Shown here: positions 9,173 through 18,158 of the stretch, one piece after another | Layout of the letters: every line of letters starts with the position of its first letter | Numbering within the stretch: position 1 is the first letter of the stretch | Assembly: GCA_019977735.1 (NCBI GenBank) | Contig: AP025018.1 | Location: 4,746,580-4,778,579, forward strand | Direction of reading: 5' to 3' | DNA from: Calothrix sp. PCC 7716 | GTDB lineage: Bacteria; Cyanobacteriota; Cyanobacteriia; Cyanobacteriales; Nostocaceae | Length of the DNA stretch: 32,000 nt | Made by a program: the position numbers and the translations under genes | The notes under the pieces: model-generated | Seen by the model: only the letters and a program-made list of their open reading frames with translations | Databases searched by the model: none | Told to the model about the DNA's origin: nothing

Positions 9173-9973
9173 TTATGCGTAGTAACTAGCGTAGTAAAGG
9201 CTGTCTTCGTTATTTATTGGCAGTTTTCCCAAACCAATCTTTTCTTGTTGAAACGTACTCAACTTGGCATCTAATGATTCATATTTTTGAGGGTGAGCTT
9301 TGAGCTGCGCTGCCTCATATAAGCGCTGAAGCCCTTCAATTGCATCTCGTGGGTACTGGTAACTTTGACCATCGCCACATTGCCAAGATTTTCCTTCCAA
9401 ATGAAATATGAGTCCGATTATTAAACCTTGATGCCGAACTTTGTAAGCAACTTGTGTTCGAGTGGCGCCTGCTGGTAGCAAGGTATATTTGTTTGCATCT
9501 GTCCTTACCTTCTGATCAGAGACTACATCCTTCTCAACAGTGCTGGAAGTTTGAGACGTGGTGCCATTATCAAGTTTCCAATCAGACGAGTGAAAATCAG
9601 CAGCCGAACATGTAAATTTGTGGGCGTACTCTTTGAGAAGGTTTACAGCTTCTTGTTTCGTATGCGCGATTGTCCAAATTCCCCCATGAACCCTCCAACT
9701 TTCGCCAACAGCAAAGTAAGGTTTTTCACACTCACCTACGTCACCAATATAATTACCTTGATAAAAAACTCGGTAGTGCTTCCCGTGAGGAATTAGCTGT
9801 GTTTCTTTAGGGCTTGTGTCAGTAACTCCTGAAGGCATGGCGCCAAGTATTACCAGTATCCAGTTTGCTTTAATGCGCCCGTCGCCTGGAGGTTTGACTT
9901 TTAACTCTTCAGCAATTACTTTAAGTTCTCCAAGAATTTTTTCTTGAAGTTGCACTTCGTTGTAGATTCGCAT
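9173..9973 (-). CDS. hypothetical protein
   Basis: 266-aa ORF. The N-terminal about 35 aa (LQEKILGELKVIAEELKVKPPG) resemble a helix-extended-helix (SAP / Rho-N like) motif. The rest is unrecognised. Confidence 0.5.
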   Translation of the reverse strand: MRIYNEVQLQEKILGELKVIAEELKVKPPGDGRIKANWILVILGAMPSGVTDTSPKETQLIPHGKHYRVFYQGNYIGDVGECEKPYFAVGESWRVHGGIWTIAHTKQEAVNLLKEYAHKFTCSAADFHSSDWKLDNGTTSQTSSTVEKDVVSDQKVRTDANKYTLLPAGATRTQVAYKVRHQGLIIGLIFHLEGKSWQCGDGQSYQYPRDAIEGLQRLYEAAQLKAHPQKYESLDAKLSTFQQEKIGLGKLPINNEDSLYYASYYA

Positions 9974-10060
9974 TTTGTTAGAATCCTAATTGTATAATGT
10001 TTGTTCCTCAGTCGCTTAAGTGCCTGGGGTTTTTTGTTATCTGTATTTAATGTAGCTTTG

Positions 10061-10082
10061 TGTCCAGACATGTGTCAAGACA
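10061..10082. promoter_or_regulatory. tandem palindromic operator-like sites TGTCCAGACA tg TGTCAAGACA
   Basis: Two adjacent TGTC-N2-GACA palindromes in the divergent promoter region between genes 9173..9973 (-) and 10189..10479 (+). The same motif recurs at 10568-10579. Confidence 0.45.
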
Positions 10083-10188
10083 CTGGCTATGAAAACCGCT
10101 AAGTCCCATATTCACATAGCTAATGTGTTTCTAGCCACTATCTAGCCCATGATTTATATTGGTGTTAGGTAATTGAGGTAATAAATCA

Positions 10189-10479
10189 ATGGAAGAGACC
10201 AGAAAAGTCGCAAATCGGAAGCGAGGTTCGCAGTTAAGCATTAGAATTGACGCGACGCTTTACGATGAGTACAAAGCCCTAATAGAACAAGAAGGCTTGA
10301 CGCTAACTAGTGATATAGAGGGTTACATGAAAAATCGCCTGGGTAAGAAAGAGCTAACCAACGTCATCGACATTCAAAAATTTAATCAGCTAGAGAAGGA
10401 TATAGCCGATTTGAAAGAGACGGTGGGAAAGTGGAACATGAACTCGCAGCTGAGAATAGAAAACTCAAGAGCGAGTTAG
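10189..10479 (+). CDS. ribbon-helix-helix (CopG/Arc-like) DNA-binding protein; the C-terminus probably continues in the -1 frame to 10553
   Basis: 96-aa ORF. RHH pattern RKRGSQLSIRIDATLYDEYKALIEQEGLTLTSDIEGYMKNRL. After the heptamer G_GGA_AAG (10425-10431) the 0-frame tail is unconvincing, while the -1 frame encodes a clean heptad helix that ends inside a terminator hairpin. Confidence 0.7.
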   Translation: MEETRKVANRKRGSQLSIRIDATLYDEYKALIEQEGLTLTSDIEGYMKNRLGKKELTNVIDIQKFNQLEKDIADLKETVGKWNMNSQLRIENSRAS

Positions 10480-10525
10480 AGCAAATACTTACCAAAGTGC
10501 AAAATTTAGTTGACACAGGAAACAG

Positions 10526-10560
10526 TTCACCCTCTGCTATTCGCGGAGGGTGAAACTTTT
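10526..10560 (+). terminator. Rho-independent terminator-like hairpin
   Basis: TTCACCCTC (10526-10534) pairs with GAGGGTGAA (10546-10554). 11-nt loop, followed by ACTTTT. Confidence 0.5.
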
Positions 10561-10567
10561 AAATAAC

Positions 10568-10579
10568 ATGTCTAGACAT
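10568..10579. promoter_or_regulatory. perfect 12-bp palindrome ATGTCTAGACAT (TGTC-N2-GACA class)
   Basis: Read directly. Followed by the inverted half-sites TGTCTTG (10590-10596) and CAAGACA (10616-10622). Confidence 0.45.
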
Positions 10580-11030
10580 TATATATTTTTGTCTTGTAAA
10601 TATGCTAGACTATGGCAAGACACTTTAGAGAAATAAGCGCTCACTAGTGCAGGCTCTTTAAAGTTCGCCAGGTAGCAGGTGTCCGCGCTTTGGATAGTCG
10701 GCGCCTGTGAAACTGGTTTCCATACTCAAGGAAAACGTTTTATGGAAATTTTGCAGCAAAACAACCAGATTGGAGAGCTTCCGTGTTGCCATCTTGGCTC
10801 TTCCTACACAAACGGTTCCACTACTACGCACCAAAAAGGTTGTCCTGCGTGTGTTCAGTGGTTATTCAAAAACGATAGACGTACTGAGACCATCCATAAG
10901 TTTGTGTTGGGGGAACAAGGACATATGAATTAATAGCTGGACTTATATGGGTACTGAATCCAAAATGAGTAATTTTTATGACTGTGTGTTTCTTTGCAAC
11001 CTATTTAATGGTGTAAATAGCGCAAAAGGA

Positions 11031-11261
11031 TTATGAATTGTCCTCCTTATGTTTATTGGTGGGGGGATGCGGCTGATTTTGTTGAACATATTCCCTTACA
11101 AACTCAATAATTGCTTCGTTCATGTTTTTGCCATTTAAAGCGCAGGCTGCTTTAAATTGCTCTCGAAGAGACCTGTCGGGAAAAGTAATTTTTAATGTTG
11201 CTGCTGGCTCAGGTTTTTTCGTGTCTGACACTGGGATGTTTGATACTAATGGGTTATACAT
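11031..11261 (-). CDS. ribbon-helix-helix protein (ParG/CopG/antitoxin-like)
   Basis: 76-aa ORF. A disordered N-terminus, then the RHH pattern TLKITFPDRSLREQFKAACALNGKNMNEAIIEFVREYV. Confidence 0.65.
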   Translation of the reverse strand: MYNPLVSNIPVSDTKKPEPAATLKITFPDRSLREQFKAACALNGKNMNEAIIEFVREYVQQNQPHPPTNKHKEDNS

Positions 11262-11729
11262 CCCAAATTATCCACCTTTTATTAGGTCTTTCCTGAAAAT
11301 ATGGCATATGGGATGAATATCCCGTTTGCATTAAACATCCCTTATGCTGTATTATAGCTATGTAAGATTAATTTCACTCAAAAATCTTACGTTGACTAAA
11401 AAGCAACACAAAGCGTGTGTTTTCTTCGTATGCCAAAAATCGCCTTAATCCTATTTTTAGTAAGGATTAGGCGTATTCCATCAGAGTAATTGGAGGAAAT
11501 AATATTGATACAACCGCGATTGGCACCAAATGCTCCAAAATACTCCAGAAACACCTGTGGGCAATGATGAGGGCGTATCTGAAAACTAGTTAAAGGTGCT
11601 TGCTCTCTTGCAATCAAAAAGGCAAGGACTTTTTAGAATTCGTTTCTGGCAGTTTTCATACACAATCTCAAAAATGTTGAAGATTTATTAACTTTCAAGA
11701 CAACTAATATTTTACGAGCGTAGAAATTT

Positions 11730-12323
11730 ATGAATAATCTACCGATAAACAGCCTTCCATCAAAAAGGATGGCGCCACGTGACTTCCTGCGTAACCTACT
11801 AATTGGGCACAATCTACAGGAAACTGAGTATCTCAGGCAAGAAATGGAACGAGGACACAAAACACTGTGTGCGAAAGTTCTCTCTTGTTTGCTGGGAGTA
11901 AGTATGTCAACGATTCGATGTGGATGGGGCACATTAGATTTTGAAACAATGCCTGAATACTACAAGCTCGTTTTAGGATACATAAGTACTGCGAAAATAG
12001 ATTTGCTACACGCAAGTAACATAAAAAGCGGCGCCTACAAGCCAGAAACCATCGAAGCGCAAGAATTTATCGAATACGCGCTCTCACTAAGTAATCTATT
12101 CGGTGATGAAAGAGATATAAGACTTTCAAAAAATGGTTTTTTCCACGAGTGCGCGCGGGCACTAGCTTCTTCGACAGGATTCGATTACAAAACAGTAGTG
12201 TTATGGGGTAATGACATTCGTTTCCATAAAATGCCGCGCGAACATAGGCGTACTTTATATTACGCAAAATTAGCAATTCAAACATCGATGAGCCAGCAGC
12301 CTAAACAGTTAGTTGCTGCATAA
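11730..12323 (+). CDS. hypothetical protein with an internally duplicated HTH-like module
   Basis: 197-aa ORF. Two similar segments, CAKVLSCLLGVSMSTIRCGWGTLDFETMPEYY and CARALASSTGFDYKTVVLWGNDIRFHKMPREH. Confidence 0.5.
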   Translation: MNNLPINSLPSKRMAPRDFLRNLLIGHNLQETEYLRQEMERGHKTLCAKVLSCLLGVSMSTIRCGWGTLDFETMPEYYKLVLGYISTAKIDLLHASNIKSGAYKPETIEAQEFIEYALSLSNLFGDERDIRLSKNGFFHECARALASSTGFDYKTVVLWGNDIRFHKMPREHRRTLYYAKLAIQTSMSQQPKQLVAA

Positions 12324-12641
12324 AGATAGTCTAGGTTCGCACTTTTGAATGATACTTGGGAAAAAAGTTGAAATTTGAACAAAAAACTAGACCCTAGTCA
12401 TACTATTTTTACGTCTCTGGTCTATGTACTATCTAACAAAAATACTTCAAAATGGAGATTAGACTTTTAGGATTTTAGGGTAACGACATACCAAACTAGC
12501 TCACGCGAAAATCGAACACCAACTCTTATATAAGCGAGCGGGTTTATACATTAATTTCTTTCAAATACCACAATTCCCGTTCAAAGTGTCAATAAACACG
12601 GATATCTTTGTACACCTAAGTAAATACATGGTATCGATATT

Positions 12642-12890
12642 ATGTACACAGCGGCGCCATTTACACCAACTTTCGACTACTCTAAATTTGAAAATCAGCA
12701 TTTAGCAGCAAAAGCTTCAGAGGCTCTTGGTAACTTCAAAAGTTTTGTTCGTCAAACCTTCGACGGTATCATTCAAATAGGACAGGAATTACAAGAAATC
12801 GAAGAACAATGCCTTACTCTAGGTAAAAACGGCAAGAAGGTTTTTAAGCAATGGCTCGACAGCAACCAGTTTGGTAAAGCAATACAGTAA
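12642..12890 (+). pseudogene. 5' fragment of a DUF3102-like gene interrupted by the 6.7-kb element
   Basis: The ORF reads ...IIQIGQELQEIEEQCLTLGKNGKKVFKQWLDSNQFG. It then runs into element DNA at 12875 (KAIQ*) and stops. The sequence continues in frame at 19581 (ASAYIARSAMQLHNWF...). Confidence 0.8.
12868..12874. repeat. left copy of the 7-bp junction direct repeat AGTTTGG
   Basis: Identical heptamer at 19574-19580. The two copies flank the element exactly where the host reading frame breaks and resumes. Confidence 0.8.
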
Positions 12891-12979
12891 AGATTTGTTA
12901 AACAACAACAACAGCAATCGATTTTTTATATACCGTTAAATTATAAGCTTATACAAATAAAAATTTTATACGACGTAAA

Positions 12980-14065
12980 ATGCGGTTAGTACTTCAGAAG
13001 GGTATTGACCCTTATACAGGCGCGACAGTTTGGGTAATGCTTGACTCTGATTACCAAGTCATAGAACCGATTCAGCGATACTTAACTTACCTGTGTAGTT
13101 TAAAATCTCCGAACACGGTGGAGACTTACGCCTATGGACTAAAAGCTTGGTGGGAATTTTTATTAAGCAAGAACTTAGATTGGCGTTCAATAGAGCTTTC
13201 TGATTTACAAGATTTTGTTTACTGGTTAAGAGTTGGAGAGACTGGCGATATTATTTCAATGCAACTAGTTCAAGCAAAAAGGTCAGAGCGTAGTATTAAT
13301 TTGACAATTACTGCTGTAACGACTTTTTATGAATACCATGTAGCTTGTAAAAATATTGACCCAGTAGAATTTATCGCTATTTCAGCATGTAAAGGAGCAG
13401 TTCGTAAAGGTTTACTAACAGGTATTGGAAAATCCAAGCCCAGAAGGGAGATGTTAGTTAAACTGAGAGAACCAAAAAAGTTTCCAGGTTGTTTAAGCGA
13501 TAAAGAAATTGAAATATTAGTGAATGCTTGCAACAGATTAAGAGATAAACTTATCATTCTAATGCTTAATAGCACAGGAATGAGAAAAGGAGAACTATTA
13601 GGGTTGTGCCATTCGGATGTGGGGGATAGAGGCAATAATATAGTTCAAGTAGTTAAAAGGCTAAACAACCCCAATTTAGCAAGAGCAAAGGGTAATTCAA
13701 GACCTATCCCTGTGCCATTAGAATTGCTAAAAATGTACAATGATTATCTAATTTATGAATACCCTGATATTATATCAGATTACGTATTTGTAAATATTTG
13801 GGAAGGTGAGATAGGAGCGCCAATGAACCCCAAAGTGTTGAATACAATGTTTAGCAGGTTAACAAAAAAGACAGGAATAAAAGTGTACCCACATCTTTTT
13901 CGTCATACATATGCAACTCGTTTAATTAAAGCGGGCTATTCAGCAGATAGAGTGAAGTACTTATTAGGACATGCATCAATTCAAACAACTTTAGATATTT
14001 ATAATCATGTGATTGAAGAAGATAAATTAATCTCAGTAATAGAAAGAGAAGAGAGGATAGAATGA
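12980..14065 (+). CDS. tyrosine recombinase, Tn554 TnpA-like
   Basis: 361 aa. Catalytic signatures: R in NSTGMRKGELLGL, HxxR in HLFRHTYATRL, H...Y in LLGHASIQTTLDIYNHV. The N-terminal SAM-like domain (TVETYAYGLKAWWEFLLSKNLDW) is as I recall for Tn554 TnpA. Confidence 0.9.
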   Translation: MRLVLQKGIDPYTGATVWVMLDSDYQVIEPIQRYLTYLCSLKSPNTVETYAYGLKAWWEFLLSKNLDWRSIELSDLQDFVYWLRVGETGDIISMQLVQAKRSERSINLTITAVTTFYEYHVACKNIDPVEFIAISACKGAVRKGLLTGIGKSKPRREMLVKLREPKKFPGCLSDKEIEILVNACNRLRDKLIILMLNSTGMRKGELLGLCHSDVGDRGNNIVQVVKRLNNPNLARAKGNSRPIPVPLELLKMYNDYLIYEYPDIISDYVFVNIWEGEIGAPMNPKVLNTMFSRLTKKTGIKVYPHLFRHTYATRLIKAGYSADRVKYLLGHASIQTTLDIYNHVIEEDKLISVIEREERIE

Positions 14066-15519
14066 ATCAAATAGATTTTCTAGATAACTTTCATAGCATA
14101 CTGCCAAGTCCAGAAAGTAAACAGATTTTTGAGAATCCTTTACTAAAACAAGATATATGGTCAACAAAGGATTTGGGGCTGAAAATAAGAGAGCATAACA
14201 GATGTTTGACATTGAACTTTAATGAGTTATCTCAAGATTGGTTCAAATTTTTAGTAAAACTTTATGTTTTATTAAGAGCATTACGTAAAATATCTCTTGG
14301 AACAATTCAGAATGAGATACAGAAATTTAGGCAATTTTCCAGATTTATGAAGCAGTATTCTATCAATAACATTGAAGAAATTAATGAGCAATTATTTGAT
14401 TCGTTTAATGAATATTTGCTTTTTCAAAAGCTGAAAAAGAATACAATTACGGGTTATTACATCGCGCTTAGTAATTTCTTTAACATATGTCGTGGTGAGG
14501 GGTGGCTTGAAGTTAATACTTTCTGGTTTCAAGGTCGTTTAATACGTTTTCGCCCCAATAATGACGAAGTAGACTATATTCCTGAAGATGTTTGGAATCA
14601 ATTAGACCAAAACCTTAATAAATTACCAGAACCTATACAACGAATGGTTTTACTAATTAGAACGACAGGTATGAGAATAGGGGAGCTACTTAACTTACCT
14701 TTTGATTGCTTGCGAAGAAGAGGTAAACAATGGTGTTTACGATTGACTACTGAAAAGTATGATATAGAGGACGAATTACCTATTTGTCCAGAATTAGTCA
14801 GTGTTATAAGAGAACAGCAAAACTACATAAAAGAGAATCTTGGTGCTATTTACGATAAATTATTTTGCAGTAATGGTGGTCATGGGATATCAGATTTTTA
14901 TCCGAAACCAAAAGTGATGTCTGGAGAAAGTTTTAATAAATGGTTGAACAGATTATCAGGTGATTGTAATATTTGTGCGAAAGGAAAAACAGAGCCTTGG
15001 AAATTTAAATCTCATCAATTTCGTAAAACAGTCGCAACTATAATGACGAATAATGGTATTAGGGATTTAATAATTCAAAAATATCTTAGACACCGTTCTC
15101 TTGACATGCAAAATTATTATAAACATTTGCTAAAACAAGTGTTAGAAGCAGAATATGAAGAGTTAATGCGGGAGAAAAAATATATTGATATTTCAGGTCA
15201 TATAGTAGCTACTTACAAACCTGATAATCCAGTGACTGAATTGATGCGTCGTAAAATGCACTCGATTACAACTATATATGGAGAATGTCATCGTCCGATT
15301 TTAAAGAATCCTTGTGAAATTGTAAATGCTTGCCTACACTGTCAGCATCTACATATTTCCATTGATGATTTACCTTTTCTTAAGCAAGACTTAAAGCGAG
15401 TAGAGTCCGAATTAGAAATTGCAAAAAAATTAGGAATGATTAGACAACAGCAAGGGTTGGAATCCGATTACAAACGTTTAATAACTCTAATACAATTGTT
15501 GGAAACTAGTAATGATTAA
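14062..15519 (+). CDS. tyrosine recombinase, Tn554 TnpB-like (paralog 1)
   Basis: 485 aa. The start overlaps the upstream stop (ATGA). R in RTTGMRIGELLNL, HxxR in HQFRKTVATIM, H...Y in YLRHRSLDMQNYYKHL. C-terminal Cys/His motif IYGECHRPILKNPCEIVNACLHCQH. Confidence 0.85.
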   Translation: MNQIDFLDNFHSILPSPESKQIFENPLLKQDIWSTKDLGLKIREHNRCLTLNFNELSQDWFKFLVKLYVLLRALRKISLGTIQNEIQKFRQFSRFMKQYSINNIEEINEQLFDSFNEYLLFQKLKKNTITGYYIALSNFFNICRGEGWLEVNTFWFQGRLIRFRPNNDEVDYIPEDVWNQLDQNLNKLPEPIQRMVLLIRTTGMRIGELLNLPFDCLRRRGKQWCLRLTTEKYDIEDELPICPELVSVIREQQNYIKENLGAIYDKLFCSNGGHGISDFYPKPKVMSGESFNKWLNRLSGDCNICAKGKTEPWKFKSHQFRKTVATIMTNNGIRDLIIQKYLRHRSLDMQNYYKHLLKQVLEAEYEELMREKKYIDISGHIVATYKPDNPVTELMRRKMHSITTIYGECHRPILKNPCEIVNACLHCQHLHISIDDLPFLKQDLKRVESELEIAKKLGMIRQQQGLESDYKRLITLIQLLETSND

Positions 15520-17347
15520 TATTAACTGGAAGACCGATTATCATCGTGAATTTACATGTCCTAATTGTGGCCAAAAAAGCTTAGTATTACAAGGCACTAC
15601 TAACTATAAACGGAGATTTCAATGTAAAAACTGTAAAAAATATGTCAACAATTCTTGCAATGTAAAAATAGATATTAATACAGTTCAATCAAAAATAAAT
15701 TGGCGTACAGACTATAAAGTTGGTGAGTTTGCTTGTCCTAATCCTAATTGCCATGATCGAAATGTTAGACTTAGTGGCAAAGACAGTCATTCTGGTAAAA
15801 AATTTTTTCAATGTAAAACTTGTTTAGCCACGGCAGTAGAGTCGAATGGCTTAACATCTGCCAATTTAAGTAAATATACTAACACAAAACCTAACATAAA
15901 ACCTTTCAATTTTAATGATGCTCAATGGGATTTAAGAGCAATTAATCTTTTGTACAACGAACGCACAAAAGTCACAATTATAAATTTTGATTTAATTAAA
16001 GTTGATTGGTTAAAATTGTTTGTAAAAAAATATATTTATCAGCAGTGTCAAAGAGAAAGCTCTCATGATACAATCAATAGAAAATTCTATGTTCTTTTCA
16101 AATTTTCTGAATATTTATTTAGACGGTGTGTTTTAACAATCGAGCAAATCAGTCGTGATATAATTCGAGACTTTGTTTATAACTGTACTAGAAGCAATGG
16201 AGAAATACGTAGAAACTTAGGCGCATTAAAAGATTTTTTTACAACAGGAAATTTGCATAATTGGTTTAAAATCAGTCAAGATATAGTCAGAAATGAAGAT
16301 TATCCAAAAAAGAAAATAAAGAATCCGGACCCAATTTCTGACACTGTTAGATTACAAATAGAAAGTAATTTAAAGAAATTACCTGAGCCAATTGCAAGAA
16401 TGTGGGTAGTAGCATTTTTCACAGCAGTAAGACCCGAGGAGTTAGCCTTTTTAAAAAAAGATTGTTTAATTCAAGATGGCGGTCATTGGAAAATTATTTG
16501 GCACAGAAATAAAACCAAAGATAAACATGAAGTACCTGTAACAAGAATTATTGCAAAGGTAATTCAAGAGCAGGTGGAATATATTGAAGAACTTTGGGGT
16601 AATGATTGGCCATATTTATTCTGTCATTATCAAGGCATATCAAAAAATGACATAAATCATCCGAAAATTCAACCTGTAAAAAAAGTAATATCTTCAAACA
16701 ATAACCCACTCAAACGAGCTATTTGTTGTTTAATTATAACAGAAAATATTCGAGATGATAATGGTGAACTAGCAACATTTAGTCCTAGTTTAGTACGACC
16801 AACTCGTTTAACCCAACTTTTTGAGCAGGGGCATGACCTTGCTGTTGTTAGCACATGGGCAGGACATAAACAGTTAGCAACAACAAGCCTTCACTATACA
16901 AAAGTCAGTTGCGAGTTAATTGAGAAAGAAGCAGGACATATTCAAAAAGTTCTAGTTAACACTGATGGTAAGCCTTTACATTATGAATCAATGCCTAAAA
17001 CTTTTTGGGAGAATCCTCGCGCTCATGAATTAAGTTTACCAGCCGACCATATCAACACTCCAATTTATGGTTATTGTGGTTTACCATTGAATGAAGATTG
17101 CAATAAGTTTCGTGCTTGTTATACGTGTCCCTGTTTTGTTCCAATACCTGAAAAATTAACCTTGTATATTACAAATCGTGATCAATTAAGAGCAAAAGAA
17201 TCAAGAGCTAGGCTGAACGGGCATGATGTATTAGTTGAACAATATGGACGGCAAGCCGACCAATTAGATAAAATTATTGCTATTTTAACAGGAGGTGACT
17301 ATGAACAAGGAATCAATAAGAGCAGCCAGGATAAAAACCTTAACTGA
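15512..17347 (+). CDS. tyrosine recombinase, TnpB-like (paralog 2) with N-terminal tandem zinc ribbons
   Basis: 611 aa. 8-nt overlap with the upstream gene. Two INW(K/R)TDY...CxxC...CxxC modules. R in FTAVRPEELAFL, H...Y in WAGHKQLATTSLHYTKV. The HxxR box is atypical (LVRPTRLTQLF). C-terminal IYGYCGLPLNEDCNKFRACYTCPC. Confidence 0.8.
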   Translation: MININWKTDYHREFTCPNCGQKSLVLQGTTNYKRRFQCKNCKKYVNNSCNVKIDINTVQSKINWRTDYKVGEFACPNPNCHDRNVRLSGKDSHSGKKFFQCKTCLATAVESNGLTSANLSKYTNTKPNIKPFNFNDAQWDLRAINLLYNERTKVTIINFDLIKVDWLKLFVKKYIYQQCQRESSHDTINRKFYVLFKFSEYLFRRCVLTIEQISRDIIRDFVYNCTRSNGEIRRNLGALKDFFTTGNLHNWFKISQDIVRNEDYPKKKIKNPDPISDTVRLQIESNLKKLPEPIARMWVVAFFTAVRPEELAFLKKDCLIQDGGHWKIIWHRNKTKDKHEVPVTRIIAKVIQEQVEYIEELWGNDWPYLFCHYQGISKNDINHPKIQPVKKVISSNNNPLKRAICCLIITENIRDDNGELATFSPSLVRPTRLTQLFEQGHDLAVVSTWAGHKQLATTSLHYTKVSCELIEKEAGHIQKVLVNTDGKPLHYESMPKTFWENPRAHELSLPADHINTPIYGYCGLPLNEDCNKFRACYTCPCFVPIPEKLTLYITNRDQLRAKESRARLNGHDVLVEQYGRQADQLDKIIAILTGGDYEQGINKSSQDKNLN

Positions 17348-18158
17348 AACACAATTAATAAGAAAACAAGAGACTTTACAAAAAGTTTATACAGCAATCG
17401 AGCGTTTGCAAAAAAACGGTGCAAAAATTAACTTTCAAACTATTGCCAAAGAAGCGAACGTTAGTGTTCCATATTTGTATAAATACCCGGAATTAAAAGC
17501 ACATATAGCTCAATTACGTAACCAACAATCATCAATGTCATCAAGCACGACAGTACAACCCCCTGTTACTGCTAAAACCCACTCTCAAATAGTTGAGCGT
17601 TTGAAAAAACGTATACATGAATTAGAAGCGGATATGAGCGAGATTAAGCGAAAAAATGAAGCATTAGCAGGGCAAGTTTATAGAGTACATTCCTTGCAAG
17701 AGCAAGTTGAACGTCAAAGAGATATAATAGAAACCTTAGAAAATCGTTTAAAATCAGCCAATCAACAAGTAAGTGAAAGTAAAGTTATTCCTCTAAATAA
17801 AAAATCAGTGGTTATAAGTGAGCGTATATTAGGTGAACTGAATCAAATAGGAATAGAACTAAACAGTAACTTAACTAATCTGATTAAAGCTGCTACAGAA
17901 TCAGAGATTTTAGCAGCTATTGAATATTATAAATATGAACAAGAACGAATAGATATTGAAAATCCTGGTGGGTGGTTAGCGCGTGCAATAAAAGGTCGTT
18001 GGAAGAAACCTGATAAATCACAACAAACCTCAGAGCCTGCAAAAGTACCAAAACAATCTGAAATATTTTCATCATCTACTCAAGTAGGTAGAGAATTTGT
18101 ATCTCTAGAAGAACTTACGAATATTAGTACTATATTTGGCGATAAATCAGATGACTAA
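17301..18158 (+). CDS. TnpC/DUF6262-like HTH protein fused to coiled-coil and C-terminal domains
   Basis: The ORF track starts at GTG 17295, but ATG 17301 is preceded by GGAGG (17291-17295). The N-terminal about 75 aa (LQKVYTAIERLQKNGAKINFQTIAKEANVSVPYLYKYPELKAHIAQLR) resemble the small third protein of Tn554-type elements (from memory). Then a coiled coil, and a C-terminal ENPGGWLARAIKGRWKKP motif. Confidence 0.6.
   Translation: MNKESIRAARIKTLTETQLIRKQETLQKVYTAIERLQKNGAKINFQTIAKEANVSVPYLYKYPELKAHIAQLRNQQSSMSSSTTVQPPVTAKTHSQIVERLKKRIHELEADMSEIKRKNEALAGQVYRVHSLQEQVERQRDIIETLENRLKSANQQVSESKVIPLNKKSVVISERILGELNQIGIELNSNLTNLIKAATESEILAAIEYYKYEQERIDIENPGGWLARAIKGRWKKPDKSQQTSEPAKVPKQSEIFSSSTQVGREFVSLEELTNISTIFGDKSDD

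Noticed and set aside
7914-9796. Antisense ORFs 7914..8111, 8136..8423, 8550..8759 and 9551..9796.
   Set aside because: They are nested opposite the longer genes 7357..8646 and 9173..9973, with no motifs.
10679-10933. Two overlapping + strand ORFs (10679..10933 and 10707..10928).
   Set aside because: They are mutually exclusive frames. Neither has recognisable motifs or convincing composition. The region may be non-coding or hold an RNA. It is left unannotated.
11396-11932. Minus-strand ORFs 11396..11617 and 11633..11932.
   Set aside because: They are Arg/Cys/Ile-rich with odd composition. The second lies antisense to the better-supported 11730..12323 gene and spans its promoter. They are judged spurious.
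12980-17347. Classifying the three recombinases as a RIT/TRT 'recombinase in trio' element.
   Set aside because: The sizes (361/485/611 aa), the TnpA/TnpB-type N-terminal domains, the following TnpC-like gene and the absence of long terminal inverted repeats fit a Tn554-type lineage better. Phylogeny is needed before using either label.
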